Of a DNA stretch of 64,000 bases, positions 1-11,329 are shown one piece after another (within the stretch, counting starts at the first letter, position 1; each line of letters begins with the position of its first letter). Position numbers and translations under genes: made by a program. Origin of the DNA: Limnothrix sp. BL-A-16. Lineage in GTDB: Bacteria > Cyanobacteriota > Cyanobacteriia > CACIAM-69d. The notes below the pieces were generated by a model. That model did not search any database. It had not been told where the DNA came from and saw only the letters and a list, made by a program, of their open reading frames with translations. The stretch lies in contig CP166615.1 of assembly GCA_041937175.2 (NCBI GenBank), forward strand, positions 960,001-1,024,000, in the 5' to 3' direction.

Positions 1-1
1 G

Positions 2-787
2 GCAAAGTTACCCGTGAGCAGTCATCTTTTTCAACACATTGCCCTGGATTGTCCCGATCGGGAATTGGGATTTTATTGCCAGCGAGTTTTGGGCGATCGA
101 CTCTCAGAAAATTATGACTATTACTGCTATTTGGAAGATGATTTAACCATTCGCGATCCCTTATTTTTTCTAAAGCAACAATGGTTTCAGTCATTCCTAG
201 GCGAAAGTGCAATATTACAGCCGCATCGCTTTGAATGGTCGAATCCAGCGCTAAATAACTCCTGCTCAAGCCGTGAAGTCGGTGAAAATCCTGACTCATC
301 CACTTCAGATTGGGTTAACTCACCCAATTTCGACTCAACCAGTAGCCATCATCCAGGAAGCTATCACAAAGTCTATGTCGATCCAGACTTTGAAAGTAAG
401 ACCGGACAAAATCCAGGGTTTGCCCACCATTTCACGGAGCAGCGTGTTTTGGTTGGCCAGTTTCTGGGTCAACCGATCCAATTCGATCGGGCTGGAAATC
501 CCCATGCGGGTTGCTTTTTCCTAACCCGATCACAAATGGCCCTTTGGGCTTCGGCAGTGGATTTTGGGCAACCCAGCAGTCAGTTTATTGGCCCCTTAGA
601 AAGTGCTGCTTCCTTGCATCTCATGCGCTATTTTCGGGTCTATAAACCGGCTCTGCCATGCGCCAACTTTTTGGAAATTGAGCATTGGGGACAATACAAC
701 AGCCAAGACTTACTGAGTAATTTACATTTGGTGCAGTTTCAACCCAAAGTGGTTTCCTATGCGGTCGGCAACTTCCCCAATGGATAA
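2..787 (+). CDS. Hypothetical protein, 5'-partial; possibly GT-A-like nucleotide-sugar enzyme
   Basis: Frame is open from the window edge (gca aag tta ccc gtg...). Contains the YDYYCYLEDDL acidic motif resembling a DxD-type site. Confidence 0.55.
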   Translation, partial: AKLPVSSHLFQHIALDCPDRELGFYCQRVLGDRLSENYDYYCYLEDDLTIRDPLFFLKQQWFQSFLGESAILQPHRFEWSNPALNNSCSSREVGENPDSSTSDWVNSPNFDSTSSHHPGSYHKVYVDPDFESKTGQNPGFAHHFTEQRVLVGQFLGQPIQFDRAGNPHAGCFFLTRSQMALWASAVDFGQPSSQFIGPLESAASLHLMRYFRVYKPALPCANFLEIEHWGQYNSQDLLSNLHLVQFQPKVVSYAVGNFPNG

Positions 788-828
788 TTCGATGGTTTTC
801 TCAAAAAGCTTTGCGCTAAACTCTTCGC

Positions 829-2205
829 TTACTGAGCCTTAAAACCATCCAGTGCCAATAGGATGAACTGGGTTACCTGGGCTTCTCGAAAATTATTATC
901 ACTCACCAAAATGATACTTTGGCGACCGTCCGGCAATCGGGGCCCAAGGGTTAGTCCTTCTAGGTTATCGATCGGGATGCCCAGGGTTTTAAAGTCCAGC
1001 AGTAGCTTTTTATAAGCGGGTTTCACATCAGGCAAAGCCCCCCGCAAGTTGGCATAGCTCGATGTGTCTGTGGCGGTTCCTAGTTCCACCTGAAAGAGTT
1101 TGGCCCCAAAGCCTTCTAAGGGGTCAAAGGTACGCTCCAAACTGAGGAAATGACCGCCTTGGTCGAGGGGTGTTAATTCCACCAGACCGTTACTAATGGC
1201 GGTGCTACTGGCCGGATCCATTTCATACAAATGCTCAGAAATAGGAAATGGTGGCCCATCACCCAAACTGAAATGCAAAATGCGCGATCGAGGCGGAATT
1301 GTGGGGCGATCGCCCTCGGTTTTTTCGGGTTTCGGCTCCAAATCTTGAACTAGGTTTTCTTCGGTGGCCGTGAATGCCCGAAACGGCTCCACAGGGGAGG
1401 GATTCGCCCCCACGGGCACAATGCCCAACGCCTCAAAACCCAAATTATCGCGAATTCCTTGGGGCGAACCGTCCGCCGCGTTGCCGGGTAGATAGCGACT
1501 GGGCAAGGGCAGGGGCGATCGCGTGGCCATGCCCGTTTTGCGATCGAACTCGCGAATCATGGGCAAAATGCCCTGTTTCACATCACCTTCGCTGGAAATT
1601 AAAACCGTATTTCGTGGGGTAATTGCTAACCCTTCAGGATCAATTTCTCCTGCTGCAAAAGGCTCACCTGATTCATCTCGTAAAATGGTGACATTCTCAA
1701 CCGTCACGCGATCAATGGTTTGCCCCACTTTGACCGATGAAGGTGCTGAATTTTGATCAGAAACAGAGGCCTTAGCAGGATTAGGATTGTCGGTCGATCG
1801 CCAGGAAATTTTGAGTGTATAAAACCTTGCGGGAGCCAAGTTGGAGCGATCGTCAGAAAGGGCCAGAAATCGATTAGTTTGGCGATCGTATGCCAAGGCC
1901 GAAAGCCCTCCCACGGGCGTGTCCATGATCTGTTGAGCGGGCAACAAATAGGCCCCCAAAAAATCAACGGACAGCGGTAATAGCAACCGAGACTCTGCAC
2001 TAACTTGGGGCAATCCGCAACCGCCCACCATCAGTCCAAAACAGATCAGTAAGGCCAGGCCTCGATGGGCAAAGCGTCCCTTGCCGATCGCTTGCAGTCC
2101 AGAATGCCAAACGAAACCATCGAGCCTGGCGATTTTGGATAGGGATCGGAACCAAGGTTCCCAGAGGTTGCGATCGGGTGGGCTGCTGTGCATGGCGATC
2201 TCCAA
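829..2205 (-). CDS. Esterase-like activity of phytase family (lipo)protein
   Basis: Motifs GGLSALAYD, ALSDDRS, DPEGLA, DNLGFEAL, DNLEGLTLGP, LVSDNNF; lipobox-like VGGC. True start may be downstream. Confidence 0.85.
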   Translation of the reverse strand: MEIAMHSSPPDRNLWEPWFRSLSKIARLDGFVWHSGLQAIGKGRFAHRGLALLICFGLMVGGCGLPQVSAESRLLLPLSVDFLGAYLLPAQQIMDTPVGGLSALAYDRQTNRFLALSDDRSNLAPARFYTLKISWRSTDNPNPAKASVSDQNSAPSSVKVGQTIDRVTVENVTILRDESGEPFAAGEIDPEGLAITPRNTVLISSEGDVKQGILPMIREFDRKTGMATRSPLPLPSRYLPGNAADGSPQGIRDNLGFEALGIVPVGANPSPVEPFRAFTATEENLVQDLEPKPEKTEGDRPTIPPRSRILHFSLGDGPPFPISEHLYEMDPASSTAISNGLVELTPLDQGGHFLSLERTFDPLEGFGAKLFQVELGTATDTSSYANLRGALPDVKPAYKKLLLDFKTLGIPIDNLEGLTLGPRLPDGRQSIILVSDNNFREAQVTQFILLALDGFKAQ

Positions 2206-2398
2206 CGGTCAAGGAAACGGGCTTACTTGGCGGGTAATTTTGTAACTTTGTTGGTTTGGTTTTGAGTTGGTTTGGTTTTGATTTTTTGGCCTTTGAGGAT
2301 CTCTATTTTTGGGTCTTAACTTGGGGGCTTGGTTGCTCTAATTTTTAGCCTAATCCCTCGTGTGCTGGGTCGCCTTTGATAGTTGTTGGAATGGAGCT

Positions 2399-3238
2399 TT
2401 AACCATTGGAAGCTTCGTGACCCACGCTCACCACATCAGGCAGCGATCGACGAAGTTTATAAAGCCAAAACAATCCCAAACCGCCCAAAACAACCCCGGT
2501 TAAACTCACCATCTGAGCCATGCGCAGGGGGCCAAACATCAAGCTATCGGTTCGTAAACCTTCAATCCAAACGCGACCTAAACTATAGGTCACAGCATAA
2601 ACACAACCGATCGTCCCGGGCCGTAAATTGGGCCACCGCAAAAAGAGGGTCATTAATAACCCAAAAACTCCCAAATTCCAGAGCGATTCATAGAGAAATG
2701 TGGGATGGAAAAACTCAAATCCTTCATAGCCTAAGGGGCGACGATCGGGGGGAATATAGAGTTTCCAGGGCAAATCTGTTGGCCGCCCAAAGGCTTCGGA
2801 GTTAAAGAAATTGCCCCACCGTCCGATCGCCTGGCCCAAAATCAACGAAGGCGTAATGACATCTACCAACTGCCAAAAGGGAATTTTGTTGAGGCGGGAA
2901 AACAGCAACAATGCCGCCAGTCCACCCAAAATCGCACCATGAATTGCAATGCCGCCTTCCCAAATGGCGATAATCCGCTCCGGATGGGCTGCGTAGGCTG
3001 ACCAATTAAACAGCACGTAATAGATCCGAGCGGCTGGTAAGGCAGCTAACACCAACCAAATGGAGACATCGGCAACCAAATCGCGATCGATTCGACGCTT
3101 GGTTGCCAGCCATTGAGATAGACTCACGCCCGTCATCAGGGCGATCGCAATTAAGAGTCCATACCAGCGAATGATGAGGGGGCCAAACTTCAGAAAAACG
3201 GGCCCTGGTGAAGTGAATTGCAAGGCAAGTGGCAGCAC
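2399..3238 (-). CDS. lgt: Prolipoprotein diacylglyceryl transferase
   Basis: Motifs [40 protein letters not shown] start at 3238 chosen; the ORF extends to 3310. Confidence 0.95.
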   Translation of the reverse strand: MLPLALQFTSPGPVFLKFGPLIIRWYGLLIAIALMTGVSLSQWLATKRRIDRDLVADVSIWLVLAALPAARIYYVLFNWSAYAAHPERIIAIWEGGIAIHGAILGGLAALLLFSRLNKIPFWQLVDVITPSLILGQAIGRWGNFFNSEAFGRPTDLPWKLYIPPDRRPLGYEGFEFFHPTFLYESLWNLGVFGLLMTLFLRWPNLRPGTIGCVYAVTYSLGRVWIEGLRTDSLMFGPLRMAQMVSLTGVVLGGLGLFWLYKLRRSLPDVVSVGHEASNG

Positions 3239-3372
3239 AGTAGCTCTCTCAAACGCAACAGCAACGACAGGATCAAAACTTCTTCCAAACCGCTTCCAAG
3301 ACGCTTCCAATCAAAAGGAAGAATGCAAAAAAATAAGCAAAAATAGCCAAAAAGCTAATGAATCAGCTCTGA

Positions 3373-4401
3373 TTACAACAGCCCTAGAATTTCGCCATTA
3401 CCGGCCACCACTTCACCTAATTGCCAAGCAGCAATTCCCCATTGATTGAACTGCGTCAAGGCCGCCGCAGCTTCAGCAGCAGGCACCAAAACCACGAAGC
3501 CCACGCCCATATTAAAGGTATCGAACATGGCCGCGGTTGGCACCTCACCCGTTTGGGCCAACCACTGGAACAGGGGGGGAATTTGCCAACTGCTGCGATC
3601 GACCGCTACGGATTGGTTCGGGCCCAAGGTGCGCGGCAAGTTCTCCGGCAGCCCGCCACCGGTAATGTGGGCCATGCCATGGATCGATAGGTCAGACTTC
3701 AGCAAATTCAGAATGGGCTGAACATAGATTTGGGTGGGCGTGAGCACCAGCTCGCCTAAGGTGCGATCGCCCGTCAGCCCTGCCACCCGATCGCCCCAAG
3801 TCAGACCTGCCTGTTCAACCACCTTGCGCACCAGGCTAAACCCATTGCTGTGCAGTCCCGAGCTGGGCAGGGCGATCGCCACATCACCCACCTGTACCTG
3901 AGCACCGGTTAGGAGGCGGTTGCGCTCGGCAATCCCCACGCAAAAGCCCGCCAAATCATATTTTCCTTCGCTATAAAATCCCGGCATTTCGGCCGTTTCG
4001 CCGCCCAACAGGGCGCAACCCGCCTGCTCACAGCCGATCGCAATGCCTTCCACCACATCGGCCATAGCCTCCGGGCGCAGCTTGCCCGTGGCGATGTAGT
4101 CCAAGAAAAAGAGGGGTTCGGCTCCAGAGGTCAGCACATCGTTGACGCACATGGCCACCAAATCAATGCCCACGGTGTTGTGTTGGCCGGTTTTTTGGGC
4201 AATTTCCAGCTTCGTACCCACGCCATCGGTTCCGGAAACCAACACCGGCTCCTGGTAGCCCTTGGGCAGCGCAAAACAACCGCCAAAGCCGCCCAGTCCC
4301 CCAAGCACCTCAGGACGGAAGGTGCGTTGCACGCGATCGCGAATGCGATCGACAAAGGCGCGACCCGCTTCAATATCGACCCCTGCTTCCCGATAGTCCA
4401 C
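3373..4401 (-). CDS. purM: Phosphoribosylformylglycinamidine cyclo-ligase
   Basis: Motifs [48 protein letters not shown]. Confidence 0.97.
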   Translation of the reverse strand: MDYREAGVDIEAGRAFVDRIRDRVQRTFRPEVLGGLGGFGGCFALPKGYQEPVLVSGTDGVGTKLEIAQKTGQHNTVGIDLVAMCVNDVLTSGAEPLFFLDYIATGKLRPEAMADVVEGIAIGCEQAGCALLGGETAEMPGFYSEGKYDLAGFCVGIAERNRLLTGAQVQVGDVAIALPSSGLHSNGFSLVRKVVEQAGLTWGDRVAGLTGDRTLGELVLTPTQIYVQPILNLLKSDLSIHGMAHITGGGLPENLPRTLGPNQSVAVDRSSWQIPPLFQWLAQTGEVPTAAMFDTFNMGVGFVVLVPAAEAAAALTQFNQWGIAAWQLGEVVAGNGEILGLL

Positions 4402-5435
4402 GGTTGCTGTTCCTCTCGAAGTCGCCCGCCGCTCCTGAGGGAGGATTCCCTTGAGAGGAGAATTCCCTTGGGAAATACATCGTTGGGGGCGGAGCGCTGA
4501 ACGGCATGGATTTTAGCATCCAGGTTGCAGCAAGCACTATGAACCTTCAGCTTCCCAAGCGTTTAGCCCAGCCTTCAGCCAGTTGTGATTCTGTCCTGTG
4601 GGCATTCCCAAAGAAGCGAATTTGGGGTCGAGAAATCTTAAATTTTTATTAAGACGGTAATCGAACCCAAGGGGCTGAGATCCTTTGTTTTCCATGGCAG
4701 TCGAGCAGGGAGCGATCCCCACCGATGCCAGACCCAGAGCGCCGCCACCAGGGATCAGGCAGTCTGCTGCGGTTGGCTGTGGTAACCTACGTCAATCTTG
4801 CGGTCAAAACTTTGCGGTTCTTAATAAAACCCTTGGTGGCGACTGCCGGAGAGTGCGAAGCGGTTGGAACTCTTGCCGATTCAGCTATCCACCCATTGAT
4901 TGCGATCGCCACGGCCAATCGCTTTCTGTCCACTGTGTTCTCGCCCTGTGCAGCGTTGGTTCCCAGCTTTAGTTCCTTGAAACTATTGCTAACTGGGTTC
5001 CGGCATTGGATAGCCTCCGAGTTCACTAAAGCCGCCATCTTCACTGTGTCAAATGTTGCGCGGGAGATGGGACGGGCGCTTGGTTGCTCCGGAACTGCTG
5101 TGTTGATGCTCTGCTAGGGTGCATGACCAACCGACAGACCTCCTAGGTTCCCGGTTTTGCAATATCGAGTTCGATCGCCCCTGACTAACCTCCATGAACT
5201 CCCCCTGAGTTCTCCGGCGATTAACTGATACTCCAAAACCCGTTGATGCTCCGGTGCATTTTGCACCAACGTCTTTAACTTTCCCGATCGCCCCTTGGTG
5301 GTCTCTTGTCAGTTAACTCCAACTAGCTACCCACTTCGTTTCCCTTCGACCATTGCATGTTCGTGAGCATCGGACAGTCAGAGCCTGATCACTGAACCTA
5401 GCTTGAGGCGCGCGTGACGTTTACCCCACCACGCC

Positions 5436-6491
5436 ATGAATTATTCCATTCAAAAACTGACGTTGTTGGCTGCCTCGGTGGCCGCCGTCGCCTTCGGTGC
5501 TGAAGCTCCCGCCCTTGGGGAAGAAATTCAACCCATTTCGGCTCAAGCTCAGTCCACCCCCTCAGTCATCTTGGCAGCGGAGTTAACCGCTCCCACCCTG
5601 GCTCTCCAGCCAGCCGCTGAAATGACTGGCGCGCGCATCAGCGCCGCTGCCGCGATTCCACAGCCCACCGCGATCGGGTCGCAACTGTACGGAATCACCA
5701 AGGTTCATGCCCACCAACTGGGTAACCGACCGGCAGTGACGCTCTATGTTCGAAATATCCCCGTGGTGACTTTCCTGGCCAACGACGAAGCCAGCACCAC
5801 CAACGCCCTGGAACGGGCCACCACCACCGCTCGCGAAATTGACCAACGCCACGCCAACGGTGTGGATGCCCAGGCCATTCGTTACGAGTGGAGCAACCGC
5901 GAAAATCGCTATTGGGTGACGATGGGCGGTCAGCCGCTGGTTGCGATCGACCAAACCACCCTTGCGCCCCAACCCACTGCCAGCTACTCAGCCGATGCAG
6001 TGCAGGTTGTTAACCGCCTCCGCCGCCAGTTGGGCAATGCTCAACCCTTGGCCTACAACGGCCAGTTGCGGATGCGGGCTGCCTCGAACCAGTCGGGCGG
6101 CAATTCCTTGGACACCCCCAACGCCAATAGCTTGCAACATAACGGGGTGCTTTACGCGGTGCGATCGAGCCAAACAGGCCAGGCTTCCTGGTATGGGCCC
6201 GGCTTCCACGGCAACCGCACGGCCAACGGCGAGCGTTTTAACCAGAACGCCCTCACCGCTGCCCACCGAACCCTGCCTTTTGGCACGCTGGTGCGGGTCA
6301 CGAACCTGCGCAATGGTCGATCGGTGATTGTGCGGATTAACGATCGCGGGCCTTTCACCCGTGGCCGCATTGTTGACCTGTCGGTGGCTGCTGCTCGCGA
6401 AATCGACATGTACAGCTCCGGGGTGGCTTCCGTCCGTTTGGAAGTTCTGCAAGCTCTCCCGGGTGATGTGGCATCGGTTCCTAACCGGTAG
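5436..6491 (+). CDS. rlpA: Septal ring lytic transglycosylase RlpA family protein
   Basis: Signal peptide; C-terminal DPBB domain with [40 protein letters not shown]. Confidence 0.92.
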   Translation: MNYSIQKLTLLAASVAAVAFGAEAPALGEEIQPISAQAQSTPSVILAAELTAPTLALQPAAEMTGARISAAAAIPQPTAIGSQLYGITKVHAHQLGNRPAVTLYVRNIPVVTFLANDEASTTNALERATTTAREIDQRHANGVDAQAIRYEWSNRENRYWVTMGGQPLVAIDQTTLAPQPTASYSADAVQVVNRLRRQLGNAQPLAYNGQLRMRAASNQSGGNSLDTPNANSLQHNGVLYAVRSSQTGQASWYGPGFHGNRTANGERFNQNALTAAHRTLPFGTLVRVTNLRNGRSVIVRINDRGPFTRGRIVDLSVAAAREIDMYSSGVASVRLEVLQALPGDVASVPNR

Positions 6492-6492
6492 A

Positions 6493-6531
6493 ACTTTCCC
6501 GTAAAGCTTTCCCGTAAAGCTTGCTCGTAAA
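6493..6531. repeat. 13-bp tandem repeat, 3 copies (third degenerate)
   Basis: actttcccgtaaa / gctttcccgtaaa / gcttgctcgtaaa directly after the rlpA stop. Confidence 0.75.
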
Positions 6532-6560
6532 ACTTTAATTTTCGGTTTTCCGAATCATAG

Positions 6561-6592
6561 GGGGCTAGTTCTTGAAGGATTAGCCCCTTTTT
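6561..6592 (+). terminator. Intrinsic terminator downstream of rlpA
   Basis: GGGGCTAGTTC-ttgaa-GGATTAGCCCC stem (with G-U pairs) followed by TTTTT, between convergent rlpA and nadA. Confidence 0.7.
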
Positions 6593-6634
6593 GCATGATT
6601 GGTTTCGGTAGAAATCAGTAGAAATCAACAGAAA

Positions 6635-7591
6635 CTAACTCATCGCCAACATTCGTTGAATGGGCTTGAGGGCGGCCGATCGCACTGACTCATCCATCGT
6701 GATTTCAGGCGATCGCGTCTTCATGCAGAAATAGAGCTTTTCTAAAGTATTCAGCCGCATGTGCGGGCATTCATTACAAGCACAATTGCCCTCGGGTGGC
6801 GCGGGAATGAATTGCTTTCGGGGTTCTGCCTTTTGCATTTGGTGCAAAATTCCCGGCTCCGTTGCCACAATAAACGCCGCCCGATCGCTCCGTTGCACAT
6901 AGTTGAGCAAGGCCGTGGTGGAACCGATGAAACTGGCATGACGCAGCAGGGGCGGTTCGCATTCGGGATGGGCAATGACTTCCGCCTCAGGATGTTGAAC
7001 CTGAAGTTGCACCAATTTCTGTTCTGAAAAGGTTTCATGAACAATGCAACTACCATCCCAAAGCACCATCTCTCGACCCGTTTGTTGCATTACGTAACGG
7101 CCCAAGTTGCGATCGGGCGCAAAGATAATCGGTTGCTCCGGGGGAATTTGTTGCACAATTTTGACCGCGTTGGAACTGGTGCAAATAATGTCACTCAGGG
7201 CCTTAATTTCAGCGGTGCAATTGATGTAACTAATCACCAAATGATCGGGATATCGCGCCTTAAAAGCAGCAAATTCACGCGCCGGGCAACTGTCCGCCAA
7301 AGAACAGCCCGCTTCTAAATCCGGTAACAACACTTGCTTGTGGGGGTTCAGAATTTTGGCCGTTTCTGCCATGAAATGAACTCCCGCAAACACGATCACA
7401 TCCGCATCGGTCTGGGCTGCCTGCTGGGAGAGTCCCAAAGAATCGCCAATATAGTCGGCAATATCTTGAATTTCCGATTCTTGGTAATAGTGGGCCAAAA
7501 TGACGGCGTTGAGTTCGCGCTTGAGGTCGCGAATGGCAGCAAAGAGATCGTGAGGAATGGCGGTGGGGCGATCGAGCGCGGCTGCAAACAC
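6635..7591 (-). CDS. nadA: Quinolinate synthase A
   Basis: Motifs [51 protein letters not shown] start at 7591 inferred. Confidence 0.96.
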   Translation of the reverse strand: MFAAALDRPTAIPHDLFAAIRDLKRELNAVILAHYYQESEIQDIADYIGDSLGLSQQAAQTDADVIVFAGVHFMAETAKILNPHKQVLLPDLEAGCSLADSCPAREFAAFKARYPDHLVISYINCTAEIKALSDIICTSSNAVKIVQQIPPEQPIIFAPDRNLGRYVMQQTGREMVLWDGSCIVHETFSEQKLVQLQVQHPEAEVIAHPECEPPLLRHASFIGSTTALLNYVQRSDRAAFIVATEPGILHQMQKAEPRKQFIPAPPEGNCACNECPHMRLNTLEKLYFCMKTRSPEITMDESVRSAALKPIQRMLAMS

Positions 7592-7948
7592 GGCAGTATG
7601 AGGATAAGCGGGTGAAGTATGGCAATTATAGTACTTTTTACCAAAATAAACATCCACACCCGTTGCCCTGCGATTGCGCCTCGAGCGCGCTCGAACTGCA
7701 CCCTGGCCTCGATTCGCCGCTGTCCCCAACGATCAGCACTTCAGCAAGCAACACTTCAGCAAGCAACGATCGCTCCTCAACCCAAACAAAATCGGGAGCC
7801 GGCCAATGCCCACTCCCGATCAAACCATCAGATTGATCTGGCGAACTAAGTTGATTCCATCAATCACCGCTTGGGCGAATGCCTCACCTCAATTCAGCCA
7901 TCTCAATAACCCGGTTAATCCTAATCAGCCGGGTTAAAGGATCATGCT

Positions 7949-9238
7949 TTAAATAACCATACCGTCGGGAATGGTGGCGTTCTTGAGCACCACCACAATT
8001 CCGCTGCGAATCACAAAGCCCAATTCCTCGCGGTTTGCCTCTTGCACATTGTCCTTGTTGACGATCGCCACCTTTTGGCCAATGCGAGCGTTCTTGTCAA
8101 CAATGGCGCGGCGGATTGTGGAATCTGGCCCAATCCCGATCGGTACATAGCCCCGCTCAATGCAGTCCATCCGCTCGGGGAACGGTTGATAGTAATCCGC
8201 TCCCATCAGTAGGGCGTTGTCAATCACAGAGCCAGATTCAACTCGGGAGCGCACCCCCAACACGGAATGTTCGATCGTGCAGTTTTTGAGGATGCAACCC
8301 TCACTCACGATCGAATCGGTGACCTGGGCGTTCAAAATTTTGGTGGGGGGCAAATGGCGCGATCGGGTGTAGATCGGCGCATGTTCATCGTAAAAACTAA
8401 AGGGTGGCTGCGGTTGCTTGGTCAGCGCTAAATTTGCATCAAAGAAGGCTTCGATCGTTCCAATATCTTCCCAATAACCGTCAAATAAATAGGCTTGAAC
8501 GTTGTAATTGGGAGCCGCCTGCGGAATGATTTCTTTCCCAAAATCCGTGCGATCGACGGACTCATTCAACAGGTCAATCAAAACTTCTTTCTTAAAGACG
8601 TAAATGCCCATGGAGGCGATATAAGGCATCTCCTGGGCGCGGTCAGCCGGCAAACCCAAAACGGTGGTATCCACCGCCATGGCCTTGAGGGCATCCCCCT
8701 TCGGTTTTTCGCTAAAGCTTGTTACCCGGCCGTTGCCGTCAATTTTCATCAGGCCAAAATCCGAGGCCCGCTTCTCATCGATGGGGATCACCGATAACGT
8801 GATGTCGGCATTGGTGGCGCGGTGATGCTCCACAAATTTTCGATAATCCATCCGATAGAGATGGTCACCGGACAAGATGACGTATTCATCCACGTCCCAG
8901 TCGGCAAAAATCCACAGATATTTTCGCACCGCATCGGCAGTGCCTTGGAACCAATTGGGACTATCGGGGGTTTGTTGGGCAGCCAAAACCTCCACAAAAC
9001 CATCGGTGAACCCGGACATGGCATAGGCCCGGGACAAGTGACGGTTCAACGAGGCAGAGTTGAACTGGGTGAGGACGTAGATTTTAAGAATTTCGGAATT
9101 GATGCAGTTACTAACCGGAATATCGATCAACCGATATTTGCCCGCCAGGGGGACTGCCGGTTTTGCCCGTAATTTGGTCAGCGGATACAGGCGGGTTCCT
9201 GCTCCGCCGCCTAGGATGATGCCTAAAACTCTTTTCAC
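7949..9238 (-). CDS. glgC: Glucose-1-phosphate adenylyltransferase
   Basis: Motifs [57 protein letters not shown] start at 9238 with AGAGG RBS upstream. Confidence 0.97.
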   Translation of the reverse strand: MKRVLGIILGGGAGTRLYPLTKLRAKPAVPLAGKYRLIDIPVSNCINSEILKIYVLTQFNSASLNRHLSRAYAMSGFTDGFVEVLAAQQTPDSPNWFQGTADAVRKYLWIFADWDVDEYVILSGDHLYRMDYRKFVEHHRATNADITLSVIPIDEKRASDFGLMKIDGNGRVTSFSEKPKGDALKAMAVDTTVLGLPADRAQEMPYIASMGIYVFKKEVLIDLLNESVDRTDFGKEIIPQAAPNYNVQAYLFDGYWEDIGTIEAFFDANLALTKQPQPPFSFYDEHAPIYTRSRHLPPTKILNAQVTDSIVSEGCILKNCTIEHSVLGVRSRVESGSVIDNALLMGADYYQPFPERMDCIERGYVPIGIGPDSTIRRAIVDKNARIGQKVAIVNKDNVQEANREELGFVIRSGIVVVLKNATIPDGMVI

Positions 9239-9507
9239 AAGACGACCTCTAGCGCTGCCAATCCACTTCCACGTCCAGTGTCCGTTGCTCGGTGGCAATT
9301 GACAAGGGGTTGACAGTAAAGCCATTTCAGCCCGATCGCTCCCGGGCCGATCGAACGGGAATTCACGATCCCAAGCAGATTCTGAAGTCCAGAAAAACCG
9401 TAGCGAGGGTTACTGTTAAAATTTGTTGCGATATATTGAAATTGTGACAATCGTGTTAACCACGCAACAGTTCTCTTGGGCCAATCCCCCGAGGTGGAGG
9501 CTGAACC

Positions 9508-10389
9508 ATGAGTATCCAGACCGGCAACCCTAGTTCCTTGCGCAGTTCCCCCACACCAGCCCGCCCCCGCCCGATCGCGCCTGGCTCCGGGCGATCGGAA
9601 TTTGATGCGGCCACTTTCCTGAAGGCCCGAGCCGCCACAGATGATCGGGACGTGTATGTGGAATGGACTGGCTCCATCTACGCCATGTTGCCCGACCAAA
9701 CCCAATGCCACCTGTTTGACATCGTGGGCATGAATGTGGCCCGGGGTGTGAACAACGGGGATGGTAGTTGGAGCCTGGTGTCCCGGGAGCTAACTTACTA
9801 CTTAGATCCCAACACCGGGGCCGTGCTCCACAGTTGGGACAATCCCTGGACGGGGGAATCCGTGCCCGTGGTGCATGTGGCCAATGACCCGGTGCAAAGT
9901 CGCCTCACGGGCACGTTCGGAGCAACCCTGGCGGGCGATGCGGTGATTTTTACCTGTGATGTGTTTCCGGCCTATCCCAACCCCCTGGGCAATGACCCGC
10001 GCTTTCAGGACTACAGCCCCAGCCCCCACTACAGCGCCGCTGAGTTTTTCAAGCTGACCGTCCCTCTTTCGGAGCTAACCAATCCGGAGTTGGCGGCCGT
10101 TGACACCATGACCGTTGCTTGGCATCGGATTGGCCCTTGGTTGCCTTGGATGAAAATGGGCGATCGCTCCGGGCAGTTGGTCTATAGCGCCTGTGGTCAG
10201 CGCGTTGCGGGCTTCGATGCCTTGCCGCCTCTGCTGCAAACGGAAATCCGCGATCGCCTCCCGAAATATCGCCACGCTCCTGATCACCACAGCACCCAGA
10301 AAAACATGACCTCTTGGCGCTACTTCAAAGAGCACTTTGAGGCCTATCTGCGGGGTGAAATGTTCCCGCTGCCAGAACTAGCGGTTTAG
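9508..10389 (+). CDS. DUF1838-like protein
   Basis: SRELTYYLDP.TG, WDNPWTGE.VPVVHVANDPV and PWLPWMKMGDR.G motifs, recalled as typical of DUF1838; GGAGG RBS upstream. Confidence 0.75.
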   Translation: MSIQTGNPSSLRSSPTPARPRPIAPGSGRSEFDAATFLKARAATDDRDVYVEWTGSIYAMLPDQTQCHLFDIVGMNVARGVNNGDGSWSLVSRELTYYLDPNTGAVLHSWDNPWTGESVPVVHVANDPVQSRLTGTFGATLAGDAVIFTCDVFPAYPNPLGNDPRFQDYSPSPHYSAAEFFKLTVPLSELTNPELAAVDTMTVAWHRIGPWLPWMKMGDRSGQLVYSACGQRVAGFDALPPLLQTEIRDRLPKYRHAPDHHSTQKNMTSWRYFKEHFEAYLRGEMFPLPELAV

Positions 10390-10469
10390 TCGTCGCCCGT
10401 CTAGCCATCCCCACCGCATCAATTCTGGGTAACCCCAGTTTGGGGCCCCAACTCAGCGGGCTAGCGGGC

Positions 10470-10781
10470 CTAGGGGGCCTTTTTGGTGGCTTTCAGTTGA
10501 CTGATGGCCCGTTGGAACCCAAGCACCAAGGTCAAATTCGCCAAGGTCAAGAAAACCTCCGCGCTGCCATGGAGCCAGTCCACATCGGCGAGACTTTGGT
10601 TGTAATGCACCTGGGCGTAGATACCGGCGGGAATGGTAATCGCCACAAATAAAAGGGTGAGGTAAAACCCAATCAGACCCAGCTTGGGCGCTTGACCCGA
10701 TCGCGTCAAGAACCACAAAAACCCCAAATAGGGGAACAGAGACAGACCAAACAGGGTTTCTTTGGACAAAAAAGACATCAT
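10470..10781 (-). CDS. DUF3593 family membrane protein
   Basis: LF.LSLFPYLGFLWFL, FVAITIPAGIYA, SLADVDWLHGSAE. Confidence 0.85.
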   Translation of the reverse strand: MMSFLSKETLFGLSLFPYLGFLWFLTRSGQAPKLGLIGFYLTLLFVAITIPAGIYAQVHYNQSLADVDWLHGSAEVFLTLANLTLVLGFQRAISQLKATKKAP

Positions 10782-10793
10782 TGATTTCCGTCA

Positions 10794-11249
10794 CTAATCC
10801 TCAGCGGCTTCGGCGGCTTCCTCATCTTCCGGGGAAGACGTTTTGAGGGCCGCTTCCAGGGCCTGGAGCTGATCGCGGCGAATTTCTAACTCTAACGATC
10901 GCCGCGATAGCTCTTGATTTTGCAGGGTCAGAGACTGTTTCCACTGCTCTAGGCGGTTGGCCTCGTGGGCCAACTCCTCGGGCGTGACTCCCAGGCTCAA
11001 GTAGGTTTTAATCAGCTCCAAAATCCAGTCGGTTGCATCTTGGCAGTCGGTCACCAACTGGGCATTGTCCACCTCAATCAATACCAACTGCTGGGGATGA
11101 CATTGGGCCTGTTGCGGCAAGGGCAGGGTCTGGCGTTGGCGCTCTCGGGTAATTTGCCATCCCCGATCGACGGACTGCACCGCCAGCGGCATCAGGGCCA
11201 GGGAGTGATCCGTTTCCTGCTGTTGCACTTGGGCTAAATAAAGCACCAT
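10794..11249 (-). CDS. Conserved cyanobacterial coiled-coil protein resembling the HmpF N-terminal region
   Basis: LYLAQV start, LVLIEV, and EQWKQSLTLQNQELSRRSLELEIRRDQLQ coiled coil. Confidence 0.65.
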   Translation of the reverse strand: MVLYLAQVQQQETDHSLALMPLAVQSVDRGWQITRERQRQTLPLPQQAQCHPQQLVLIEVDNAQLVTDCQDATDWILELIKTYLSLGVTPEELAHEANRLEQWKQSLTLQNQELSRRSLELEIRRDQLQALEAALKTSSPEDEEAAEAAED

Positions 11250-11329
11250 TTCCCCTCCGGCGAGGCCATACGCTGATTTTAAGTTTCTTAAACTCAGGAA
11301 ATTGCCTGAATTCAGGATTCCTGGGGCAA

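Noticed and set aside
9400..9413. GTA-N8-TAC between glgC and the DUF1838 gene
   Set aside because: No -10 at the canonical distance on either strand; a 6-bp match is expected many times by chance in 64 kb.
10453..10794. 113-aa ORF overlapping DUF3593
   Set aside because: Alternative frame; the 103-aa frame carries the family motifs.
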